64,000 nt of DNA from the human T2T-CHM13v2.0 reference genome, Homo sapiens: assembly GCF_009914755.1 (NCBI RefSeq), contig NC_060931.1. One strand, written 5' to 3'. Below, one piece after another: positions 46,831 to 64,000 of this stretch. Below the pieces are notes generated by a model. It was not told the origin of the DNA and did no database searches. It was given only the letters and a program-made list of their open reading frames with translations. The position numbers and the translations under genes were made by a program. Position 1 is the stretch's first letter. Each line of letters begins with the position of its first letter.

Positions 46831-47562
46831 ATGTTGTGGCTTATCTGTGTTATATCTTGAATACACATCACATTTTTGACAACATTTCAATGTTAGAGAC
46901 ATGCTACTTTATTAACAGTCCTCACCTAAATCTTCGTTCTCTTCAAATGCCTCCTGAGTAGATACAGCACATTGCTGATGAAAGAATTTAACTTAAAGAA
47001 CTCACTTTACTGCATTCAAATCAGCCCGTTAAACATTCTGCACTTTAAGCTTTTATTCTAGATTCCATTGTGAGGTGATAATGAGGTGCTGAAAACTAAT
47101 TAGATCATCAGACAAAACTGTCTGGCCCGCCATCTGCTGAGTCTGGAGAGTGATAGTCCCTGGTTGAAATGAGAAATGAGACTAAAAATAACCACCCCAC
47201 CCCTTTTTTCTTCCTGTTCCTTGCCCTGTTCTTGTCTTGGTGCATGGTGGAGAAAGGATTATGTAAGATTCAAGGCTGGCTTGCCCAGCCAGCCAGCTGT
47301 GTGGCCATGTGTTTCTTTTTTTTTTTTTTCTTTTTTTTTCTTTTTATTATTATTATTATTATACTTCAAGTTTTAGGGTACATGTGCACAATGTGCAGGT
47401 TTGTTACATATATATACATGTGCCATGTTGGTGTGCTGCACCCATTAGCTCGTCATTTAGCATTAGGTATATCTCCTAATGCTATCCCTCCCCCCTCCCC
47501 CCACCCCGCAACAGTCCCTTGTGTGTGATGTTCCCCTTCCTGTGTCCATGTGTTCTCATTGT

Positions 47563-51378
<3,816 letters not shown>

Positions 51379-51442
51379 TATGATGTTCGCTGGTTATTTT
51401 GCTCATTAGTTGATGCAGTTTCTTCCTAGCCTCGATGGTCTT

Positions 51443-52459
51443 TACAATTCGGCATGTTTTTGCAGTGGCTGGTACTGGTTTTTCCTTTCCATGTTTAGTG
51501 CTTCCTTCAGGAGCTCTTTTAGGGCAGGCCTGGTGGTGACAAAATCTCTCAGCATTTGCTTGTCTGTAAAGTATTTTATTTCTCCTTCCCTTATGAAGCT
51601 TAGTTTGGCTGCGTATGAAATTCTGGGTTGAAAATTCTTTTCTTGAAGAATGTTGAATATTGGTCCCCACTCTCTTCTGGCTTGTAGAGTTTCTGCTGAG
51701 AGATGAGCTGTTAGTCTGATGGGCTTCCCTTTGTGGGTAACCTGACCTTACTCTCTGGCTGCCCTTAACATTTTTTCCTTCATTTCAACTTTGGTGAATC
51801 TGACAATTATGTGTCTTGGAGTTGCTCTTCTCAAGGAGTATCTTTGTGGCATTCTCTGTATTTCCTGAGTTTGAATGTTGGCCTGCCTTGCTAGATTGGG
51901 GAAGTTCTCCTGGATAATATCCTGCAGAGTGTTTTCCAACTTGGTTCCATTCTCCCTGTCACTTTCAGGTACACCAATCAGATGCAGATTTGGTCTTTTC
52001 ACATAGTCCCATATTTCTTTGAGGCTTTGTTCGTTTCTTTTTATTCTTTTTTCTCTAAACTTCTCTTCATGCTTCATTTCATTCATTTCATCTTCCATCG
52101 CTGATACCCTTTCTTCCAGTTGATTGCATCGGTTACTGAGGCTTGTGCATTTGTCACGTAGTTCTTGTGCCATGGTTTTCAGCTCCATCAGGTCCTTTAA
52201 GGACTTCTCTGCATTGGTTATTCTAGTTATTCATTCGTCTAATTTTTTTTTCAAAGTTTTTAACTTCTTTGCCTTTGGTTCGAACTTCTTCCTTTAGCTC
52301 AGAGTAGTTTGATCTTCTGAAGCCTTCTTCTCTCAACTCGTCAAAGTCATTCTCCGTCCAGCCTTGTTCTGTTGCTGGTGGGGAGCTGCGTTCCTTTGGA
52401 GGAGGAGAGGTGCTCTGATTTTTAGAGTTTCTGGTTTTTCGGCTCTGTTTTTTCCCCAT
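51443..52459 (-). pseudogene. L1 ORF1 remnant
   Basis: Fragments 52223-52459 and 51748-52188; frameshift and stop. Confidence 0.88.
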
Positions 52460-53034
52460 CTTTGTGGTTTTATCTACTTTTGGTCTTTGATGATGGTGAT
52501 GTACAGATGGGTTTTTGGTATGGATGTCCTTTCTGTTTGTTAGTTTTCCTTCTAATAGTCAGGACCCTCAGCTGCAGGTCTGTTGGAGTTTACTGGAGGT
52601 CCACCCCAGACCCTGTTTGCCTGAGTATCAGCAGCGGTGGCTGCAGAACAGCGGATATTGGTGAACCGCAAATGCTGCTGCCTGATCGTTCCTCTGGAAG
52701 TTTTGTCTCAGAAGAGTACCCGGCCGTGTGAGGTGTCATTCTGCCCCTACTGAGGGCTGCCTCCCAGTTAGGCTACTTGGGGATTAGGGACCCACTTGAG
52801 GAGGCAGTCTGCCAGTTCTCAGATCTCAAGCTGTGTGCTGGGAGAAACACTACTCTCTTCAAAGCTGCCAGACAGGGACATTTAAGTCTGCAGAGGTTAT
52901 TGCTATCTTTTGTTTGTCTGTGCCCTGCCCCTAGAGGTAGAGCCTACAGAGGCAGGCAGGCCTCCTTGAGCTGTGGTGGGCTCCACCCAATTCAAGTTTC
53001 CTGGCCGCTTTGTTTACCTGCTCAAGCCTGGGCA

Positions 53035-53250
53035 ATGGCAGGCGCCCCTCCCCCAGCCTCGCTGCTGCCTTGCAGTTTGATCTCAGACTGCTGTGCTAGC
53101 AATGAGTAAGGCTCCGTGGGCATAGGACCCTCCGAGCCAGGTGCAGGATACAATCTCCTGGTGTGCCGTTTGTTAAGCCCGTTGGAAGAGCGCAGTATTA
53201 GGGTGAGAGCGACCCGATTTTCCAGGTGCCGTCTGTCACCCCTTTCTTTG
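53035..53250 (+). pseudogene. L1 ORF0 remnant in the antisense-promoter region
   Basis: MAGAPPPASLLPCSLISDCCASNE* (TAA 53107-53109) continuing GSVGIGPSEPG...RFSRC, matching primate L1 ORF0. Confidence 0.8.
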
Positions 53251-53629
53251 ACTAGGAAAGGGAATTCCCTGACCCCTTGCACTTCCCGGGTGAGAAGCCT
53301 CGCCCTGCTTCGGCTCACACACGGTGCGCTGCACCCACTGTCCTATACCCACTGTCTGGCACTTCCTAGTGAGATGAACCTGGTACCTCAGTTGGAAATG
53401 CAGAAATCACCCATCTTCTGCATCGCTCACACTGGGAACTGTAGACTGGAGCTGTTCCTATTCAGCCATCTTGGCTCCGCCCCAAAAACAAGATAATTCT
53501 AATTTGTCACTGCTTACCATGAGTCATGAGTAACTGTCCTCATATGGCCCAGTTTTTAATGTTAGTAATACTTAAAAGCAAAGAAAAATTGATAAAAATA
53601 AAAATTTATAATTTAGAAGAAAGTTTTAC

Positions 53630-53908
53630 CGAAAACAGTCAACTCTCCTGGGTCACTGTCCCTTTCTCCCACCATATTGGTACCAATACAAGTATACATC
53701 CCTGCATCACTTTTCCTGGTATTGGAGATCATCCGTTTTCCACCACGGATACTTATTGTTTCTTCCTTGTCATGAATTCGAACTTTGTCTTTTTTCCAGT
53801 AGATGGTGGGTTCTGGGTGTCCCTGGGGAGGCTGGCACTCCACGATTGCAGGCTCTCCAGCTGCCACTACAACATCTGTGGGGTTTTTTCAGAAATCATC
53901 TCGTAACA
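53630..53908 (-). pseudogene. ROBO2P1: Processed fragment of ROBO2 (second Ig domain, two spliced exons); probably the annotated ROBO2 pseudogene, symbol unverified
   Basis: Translates [91 protein letters not shown], near-identical to ROBO2 Ig2 as I recall it; in-frame TGA (CGA decay); 158+121-bp blocks joined at 53751/53750; GT follows at 53629. Confidence 0.88.
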
Positions 53909-55619
53909 CTCTGCAGTGAACTTGAAACACCAAAAGAAACAATCCAATCCCATTCTTTTATGTCTCTTAGACTATGTCCTGTGAGAGTCCTCTCTTCAGA
54001 CCTTGAGAATTAATTCCTGCCACATGAAGTTGTACCACTGTCTCCTCCCTAGGCTGCTCAGCACCAGGCTGAGCCAGGTCCCAGTTCTTCCTCAGCCTCC
54101 CCATGTGTCTCTTATGTAGATGTTAGATCTTATATATCCATAGAGTATTGCAACTGCAGTATTGCAGTGTTCTTCATCTTCTAGTAGGTTTCACCTCCAC
54201 CTCCATTCACATGCCCTACTCCATCATATGTTTAGGGGCATAGAAGATGGTTTAAGTGGCATAGTATTCACATTAACCAAGTTGTCGAGACCCCAAAGCG
54301 TACATGGGCAGAATGTCTCCCACTTGGATTTTGGAATGAATTCCTGGATCCTTTCTTCAGGTGAACTTGATTTCTAGCTCTTCTTTTACCATGGATTCAA
54401 ATGGCTCATCCTTCTGGAACTAGCTAGGCAGCCTTTCTTTGTTCACAAGCACCTGATTCTATTATTTTCCTGGAACAAAGAACTAAACTTGATGGCCAAA
54501 TTTTCTCCTCAGATTATTAAAATCCTAGTAACTGTTTACTTTGTATGCCTAGTACTCACCCAGAAAGCAAGACTGGCCCAGAACAGCTGGGACTTCATTT
54601 TTTAACATCTATGTACCCTTGGCTTCCACTTCCAGAGCTCTCTGGGGGAAATGGCTGAACTTTTGGAAGTCTATACTAGATGACAGGGTGTGAAGTTTGT
54701 GTGAGGGACTATTTTGTCAAATTATTGTGGCTGTCACTTTCATGTTATGATTCAGAACTCAAAAGTCAAGTTCCTTTTGAAAATCGGTCAAACCACATGC
54801 TCTAGTATAAAGCAAACAGTAAAGGAGACAAATTCAAAATTGAAATTCAAAATTCCAACACTCAGTAAGACGTAAGCCAGAAATTAGTCATATTTGTGTT
54901 AATGCTAAATAAGCAATAGCACTTTTGGTATTGAATTAATATTGTACTTCATAGGGTATTTTTTTCTCTTACAAACAGGGGGCACTCTTAACTGTCCAAT
55001 TTATGTTCTAAAAAAAACCCCAATGACTAATACTTAGGTTGTATTTACACAGCACTTTTGATTCAACTCTTTCACTCAGAATAGATTTGTGTTAGCCCCT
55101 TCCACAACATTAGCTACGAGGTCTCTCTGTTGCCCGAATGTAACTGACATCTCCAAACTCCACCATGACCAAAAATAAATCAAGACAAACCTACAACCAC
55201 CACTATGGAAACAGACAACCAACAAGCTGAAGAGATGAACAAAATTCAACTGCTCCAAAATAATAATGGATATGTGTTAACTTGGTCCCGAATCTCTTGT
55301 TTCTTACTGAGGCCAGAATCACTGAGTTTCTTGTAATAGCTCCATTTCCAGTTTTTTGGACTAATTATTTTAAATGAAGCCCTGAATGATGACCTGTCCC
55401 ATCATTGCATGCTTTAAACTGGCTCCTCCACCCACCTTTTAGTGGACACAGAGGAATAACAGTGAATTTGTGGTGTCATGGCCAGCCGGTTGGTGTGAAT
55501 GGGAGCCCTCTGACCTCCACTTCATCTTTGTCTTTGCCTACTTGTGTGTCCCTCCATGACCTGCAGGCTGCTGGCTTGTTCCCAGCTCCACACTCACACT
55601 ATTGAACTTAAAATGTTGA

Positions 55620-55780
55620 CCTTTGCTACTCAAAATGTGGTTCTTGAAATATCAGCCCAGGCCTCTTGTATGAGTTTGTTAGAATCACAGAATTTCAGGC
55701 CCACCTCAGGCCTGGGGAATCATAAGCGGCCCTTTAGTCAGATTGCTGTGCACATTACAGTTCTAGATGTCCTACTGGGC
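55620..55780. mobile_element. MER5-like hAT fragment
   Basis: gctactcaaaatgtggt...tttgttagaat..cagaatttcaggccc...gcacatta. Confidence 0.55.
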
Positions 55781-56473
55781 ACTGTGAGTGTTTTCTCTCT
55801 TTGGCTCCAATTCCTGATTCTCCCTGGCTCCATCTCAGTGCCTGCTCCTGCCCCAACAGCCACTTGCATGGGGATTGCCTGACAGCTGCCTCCCAGCATG
55901 ATGCGGAGCAGAGGAGAAAGCCTCAGCTGTTCCTTGTCTTGGATAGAGCTGTACTGCTGCACAAGTTTTAATTATCATATGTGTGTTTTCCTCCCTCTAA
56001 TAGTTTATAAATTCCCTTAAGGGCAGAATCCATTTATGATTCATCTCTTTATCACACCAAGTGCCCTGGATGTGCCTCATTTGGCAATAGATTTAATTTA
56101 TTAAATTAAGGAGTGCACTTACATGATGGGAAATGGCTGAGACTCAGGGTTTGCATTTGAAACATCGCTGGAGGGGATTTGAAATATTTGATGACCAAAC
56201 AGCAAACCTTGAGAGAAGAGGCACTAATTGGAAATATAACAGATCCCACATTAAGACAGATATCATTGAACCCCTTGTTGGGCTACTCATAATTGTCTGA
56301 CCCCACCGTATCTGAATTTCATTTTTCTTCTGCCTTTCTAAAATGAGAGGTTAGTACCACAATCACGGGATTATTAAAATAAACAATTTAAATCATATAA
56401 ATAAAGCAAATTACAAACTGCTTGACATATGATAAGGATTTAATAAATCTATGTTACCCCTTCTCCATTTCTA

Positions 56474-58426
<1,953 letters not shown>

Positions 58427-59222
58427 AAGAAATACAAAGCATAGATGCTTTTTTTGTGAAGGAATTATAGAGCAAGGACATTTGGATTCATTATTTGAAA
58501 TAATTAGTATTTGTTTTCTCTCCATCATGTCAAAACAGAGAATTTGAAGTAATTTCAAAACTAAGAGCAGTGGTCCAAAAGAAAAAAAAAAAAACTTCTC
58601 ATAGTTTATCCATAGTTTAAACACAACAATCACTAATGAACAGAACTGTGTCTATAAGATTTCTGGAGTTCAAGGTGAGTAGGGAAACAAGTTTGGTAAG
58701 TCACAGTGCTGGAAAGGAGGAAATGGTACTTCTGTGGAGCAAAGAAGCAGCTCTGAAAGAAGTTTCTTATAAGAATCCTTTAGTGGATCATTCCACGAAC
58801 ATATTTCTATATTTCATACAATGACATGTACATGTCATACAATGGAATGTGTTTATTTCATAAACAGACCCCACATGGATGTGTCTCATAACAATGATCT
58901 TGGATAAACTTTGAAGGCATAATCATGAAAATCCATTAATGGAAGTTCATTTTCCCTAATCCTCTCCCTTATTTGAAAATCTCTTTTTCTGTAAAGGTAC
59001 TTTGTGTTCTCCTTTAGCAGGTGTAGTCCCCTGTGTACACGATTCCGTCTCAGGACTCACACCCATGCTGTGATAATTTATTAACGAAGAACTTATGCAT
59101 AGTTCACTGCAGGTTGTGAGAGTGAGCATCGTCTGGTTTATGTTTTTGTCTTCGTTGCCCACAGCCGTACCTGGTACCTAGTAGTCAGTAATAAATGGAT
59201 GAACAGGGAGTGAGTAACAGGC

Positions 59223-59402
59223 ACACTGGTTCTCAGCTCTGGCCGCAATTTAGAGTCCTCTGGGGAGCTTTTATATAATATTGATGCCTGAAAACTTCCC
59301 CTAGAAATTCAGACTTAATTGGCTTGGGGTAAAGAACTGTCACAGGTACTTTATAAGCTGGTCAAAGTGATTTAAATGTACGGTCAGAGCTGAGAACCAA
59401 TA
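59223..59402. mobile_element. MER5A-like MITE
   Basis: Inverted termini TGGTTCTCAGCTCTG...CAGAGCTGAGAACCA. Confidence 0.75.
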
Positions 59403-59589
59403 GGACAAATTATCTAAATATACTATTCAACTTAGTGAGATTACAGCATAATTTTAACCAGTTACTATACGATGTAGGGTAGTGTGATGGATATCAGAAT
59501 GAGGAAGACACAGTCCTTGCCCTCGAAAAGCTGATAATTTGGTAGCAAGAGATGGTATGGACATTCCAATCAGTATCTGGCATGATGAT

Positions 59590-59770
59590 GATGATAACCA
59601 CGACAATAAGAGCATGTTCTATCAGAGGCACATATGGTGCCAGCCACAGGGAGCTTTACAACCTACATTATCTTATTTAATCTCTACAGCCACCCCGTGA
59701 GAGAACCATTGTCATTTACTTAATCCCATTTTACAAGATGAGAAGACTGAGGTTTAGTGAATTGAAGGGT
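59590..59770 (-). mobile_element. MIR
   Basis: tcttatttaatct...cccattttacaagatgagaagactgagg. Confidence 0.7.
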
Positions 59771-59905
59771 TTTGGACCTGACTTCAAACCATCTTAACGT
59801 GTGCTTTTCCTTTTTGGCGGGATGGTTTTCTGAGTTTCCCTTTTTAGTTTCCACTGTGTCATGAAAATGGAAGGGAAATAGGCTGACACCTGCTTGGGGC
59901 TATTT

Positions 59906-60048
59906 GTGCGGCCCCTGGTGCCCGTGCTGGCTGTGCCCGCCCGTGGCTGTGTGGCCCCCGGTGCTAGCGTTGACTGTGCATGCCCGTGGCTGGGGGGACA
60001 AGGCCGTGTGCCCCCCGGTGCCCCTGTTGGCTGTGCCTGCCCGTGGGT
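59906..60048. repeat. Degenerate GC-rich 43-bp repeat, three copies
   Basis: Units at 59906-59948, 59949-59991 and 60006-60048. Confidence 0.8.
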
Positions 60049-60214
60049 GGGGGTGGCGTGGCAGTAGCTGATTGCCCTCGCGGTGCCCCTGGGTGGGGCC
60101 GGATGTGAGGAAGCCGGTGGTGACTGAGGGCTGAGCGGGAACCCTCACTTTACAAATGTGGGAAATGAGGGGGTCATGGTTTAAGAACTTTAGTTCAGGA
60201 CACACAGCTGGCCA

Positions 60215-60410
60215 AAGTACGCTATGTGCAGGTGCCATTTTAAACCCTTTATGAGTATTGACTCATTCCTCATAAAACCCTTTATGAGTATTGACTCATT
60301 CCTCATAAAACCCTGTGAGGAATGGACCATTATCTCCTTTTTACTGTTGACAAAATGGAAGCAACGCAGTTAATCCACTCGCCCATGTCATAAATCAGTA
60401 AGAACCTGAA
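60215..60410 (-). mobile_element. MIR fragment containing a perfect 33-bp tandem duplication
   Basis: ctatgtgcagg...actcattcctcataaaaccctgtgagg...attatctcc...; duplication at 60242-60307. Confidence 0.6.
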
Positions 60411-60911
60411 GGCCCATCTAGGAGGTCTCTTCTCACCCACAGCTCAGGCGGCCCTTAGCAGTAGGTGATTGAGTGTGGATTCCACAGAGGCCTCTCAGAG
60501 GCTGGAGGGAACGCGGCGTTACATTTTATTACGTAGTGAATTGCCGCTGTTAGCATTAAGATTATTCCTCCTAAACCCAAGCCTGTCCTTGGTGGCCAGG
60601 GAGGTATAATTGAGGGGGTGGGAAGCAAGGTCTCTGGCCCTCAGCTCACTAAACATTTCCCGACACTCAGCAGCCTCCTTCCTCAGAAATTGTTTTTAGA
60701 GTCACAAAAGGTTTTAAAGACAAAATTTTATAAACTGTTAAAATAGCAGAGTTCCCTGTTTTACTTTATTTTCCTCCTCCTCATGCTGCACTCCCAGGGC
60801 TTCACTCTTCTTCACAGCCAGATCCACAGCGAGTTAAATTCGCTGCCTCCCAAGGGAGACCTCCAGCCTGTTCTATTTGAGCAGATTTTCTTTTCTTTCT
60901 TTTTGCATTTC

Positions 60912-61056
60912 ACACACACGTACACATACATTCACACACCCACACGTACACACATGTGCACACTTGCATACACACGCACACATGTGTACACACCTATGTG
61001 CACACACACGTACATACACACGTGCACATACACGAAGAGGCACATGTACACACACA
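60912..61056. repeat. Degenerate (CA)n purine-pyrimidine alternating tract
   Basis: CACA/CACG/TACA/TGCA units over about 145 bp. Confidence 0.85.
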
Positions 61057-62540
61057 GTAGTTCGTGATCCTTCATTCACGTTTAGTTGTGACTCCTCGTC
61101 CTTTTCAAGCCTTCCCAGGCATTTGTAGAAAAGCAGATCTGGAAAGCTTTCTGACCCAAGTTCTGGGATGGGAAGGCACTTAGAGAGAGATTGCTTGTTG
61201 ATTCCCAGTATTTGGAAAATAGTTGCAAAGGGGTTTCATGCCTTGCCCACCTCCCGCAGCTCCTCGAGGGTGACACTTGGACCAGTGCTGGGTCCCTCCT
61301 CCTCCACTGTAAGGATCCTTCATTAGGAAGCAGGCTCTGCTCTATAAGCTTGAGTCAAGAAGAAAAAACCCAGCCTTTGAAGGGTTTATAACCTAGCAAG
61401 GGGAAGTTTCTAAAAAGCCAGAGACCTACATATACACTTTTATGACAGTTTTCTGCTTTCATTTGCTGGGGACAAGCCTTGGGGAAGATATTAAGACAAC
61501 TCTGGAGAAAACCGAGTGTAAGGCTGATGTCTCTCCATCTGTTCCTGAAGAACCCCCAAATGGGGAGAGTAGAAAGGGATGTCAATTTAGCTCCATCCCA
61601 ACTCGGTTCAGCTCACGCAGACAGAGGCAAGGCTACTGCACCACCACCCTGCCATAGCCCTTGGCCACATGTGAATCCCAAGAGGAGATATGGCCTAAGC
61701 TCAAGCTGGGACCCGCCCTGGCTGCCTAACCTTGAAAGTGAAGAGGGCGTGCCCCTCTTCACTAGTGAGAAACCTGGGAGGTTGATGGTGAATACAGAAG
61801 TTCTTACACCTCTACATCCTAGGGTGCTGAGACTTCCAGCCCCATCCCTATCCCTGTCCTGCAGTGTTAGATTAGACATTTCTGTGTCTCTCCACAATTC
61901 TCTTGGGATTCTCCTGGGGGCGGTGCATGTGCCAGGTACCTTCAGTGCTTCTCCGCTGTCTAAAGCTGGCTGTCCTCAGCTCTTTTCTTTCCACTTTGGG
62001 GAAAGCTATGTGTTCAGTGACTCACTTTCTCAGACTCATCCATGCTGAACCTTTCCAGGTGCAATAAGTTAACTTGGGTAATGGTGGCCAGAGTAGTCTG
62101 CAGGGTTCTCCATCTCTGTCTTCTCTTAGGGATGTCATGATTTACATTTTGTCAATGATTTATTTATTTGTCCTTTCTCCCCACTTTCTTCCAGAATGGA
62201 CTTAATACATAAAAATTGTGGGTTGAGAATTGACTTGATTCAGATGAAGAGAGTAGCTCACAGGCTGGTAGAGGTTGGAAAACAATTCAATTTGCCCCTG
62301 AGTCCCTTACTGAGGAAAGACTAGTGAGAGTTACCCTGATAAAATTTTCAGCACAGTTTAGAGAACATCATTACTGGCACCATATCAGTGGCCTAACCCA
62401 CAACCCCTCTGCTTTAAATAGTTTTTTCATAGTGTTTTTCTAATGATTTTCTTTTATTAAATATAACACATACTCCTTAAAAGTGCACAGAACACTAAGG
62501 GCAAGTTTATACAGCAAATATCCTGTAATGAAAATCAAGA

Positions 62541-63025
<485 letters not shown>

Positions 63026-63177
63026 ATGAGAATACAGCACACACACCCTTTTGTGCTATTTCTTCATCGCAACATCCTTCCTCTCACTAAAGGTAATCAC
63101 TGTCCTGAACATCTACATCAGTCAATCTCATGGTTTCTTTATGTTGCGTTACCTCCCTGTGTGTATCCCTAATGATA

Positions 63178-63507
63178 CAGTCTTCCCTCAGTATTCATGG
63201 GGGATTGGTTCCAGGACACCCTGTGGGTACTGAAATCCAAGGATGCTCAAGTCCTTGATACAAAATGGTGCATTATTTTCATATGACCTATGCACATTCT
63301 CCCATATGCTTTCAGTCATTTCTAAGTTAATTATTGATACCTGATACAATGTCATTGCTATGTAAAAAGTTGATATACTATATTTTTTATTTGCACTATT
63401 TTTTATTGTTGTATTTTTATTTTTTATTGATATTTTTCCCAAAAGTTTTTCATCAACCATTGATTGAATCTGTGAATGTGAAACTCATGGCTACAGAGGG
63501 CTGGCTG
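63178..63507 (+). mobile_element. MER2 (Tigger) MITE
   Basis: CAGTCTTCCCTCAGTAT...TACAGAGGGCTGGCTG termini with TA duplications. Confidence 0.88.
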
Positions 63508-64000
63508 TAATGTTTTTATTGATTTTATACAATAGAAGTGGGATCACATGGTAGATTATTTTCTTCTCGATATGTCTTTTGTTAAATTCATTCATATTGT
63601 GTGTTGCTCATTGATTACAATTGCTCTATGTTATTTCATTGTATGAACATAACACAACACATCCACTTTAATGCAGATAGATGTATGGGCTGCTTTCAAT
63701 TTTTGGATATTTTGAATACTAGCTTACATATATTTGGTTGCATTTCCTATAAGTTTCTCTGGGGTACATAACTTTATATATTTTCAAGCATGGACTTGCT
63801 TGGCCATAGGGTATATGCATCTTTAAATTTAGCAGAAAATATCAAAAAGTTTTCTGAAGTATTTATATCAAACTCCAAGGAGCATTAAATCGGAGTTCAT
63901 ATTGTTCTGTGATGTTATAAATACTTAGTGTTAAAAGACATTTCTATTTTTCTAAATCTAGTAGGAGTATAATTGTATCTCATTGTAGCTTTAATTTGCA

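Noticed and set aside
53613-53867. 84-aa Ig-domain ORF as a functional ROBO-family gene or genomic exon
   Set aside because: In-frame TGA a few codons upstream, GTG start, missing intron, and no other ROBO exons in the window.
53630-53908. circRNA-derived pseudogene
   Set aside because: Exon order is collinear with no back-splice junction visible.
59906-60314. CRISPR-like array
   Set aside because: Tandem units without unique spacers, in primate DNA.
61479-62048. 189-aa ORF
   Set aside because: TTG start, low-information composition, no recognisable homology.

Overview
Primate (hominoid, probably human) euchromatic DNA, dominated by interspersed repeats and with no intact host protein-coding gene. 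Every long ORF is a LINE-1 ORF1/ORF2 remnant or repeat noise. The window holds three full or near-full-length minus-strand L1s (L1PA6-like nested in a THE1D provirus, L1PB1-like nested in an older L1MB, and L1PA3/4-like), one twin-primed inverted L1PA2/3, nine Alu-type SINEs, several LTRs, DNA transposon relics and MIR/L2 fragments. The only host-gene-derived sequence is a ROBO2 fragment (53630-53908, minus; two exons spliced together). Standout result: this fragment, a 192-nt unknown leader and 146 nt of donor-initiated intron-like sequence appear to sit with the adjacent full-length L1 inside one target-site duplication (47305-47317 / 54101-54113). That suggests a single chimeric ROBO2-L1 retrotransposition (5' transduction or template switch). 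Second result: the three L1PA copies share several apparently non-consensus substitutions despite different subfamily signatures, suggesting local gene conversion. Subfamily names, L1 consensus states and ROBO2 exon sizes are from memory and need RepeatMasker/BLAST confirmation.
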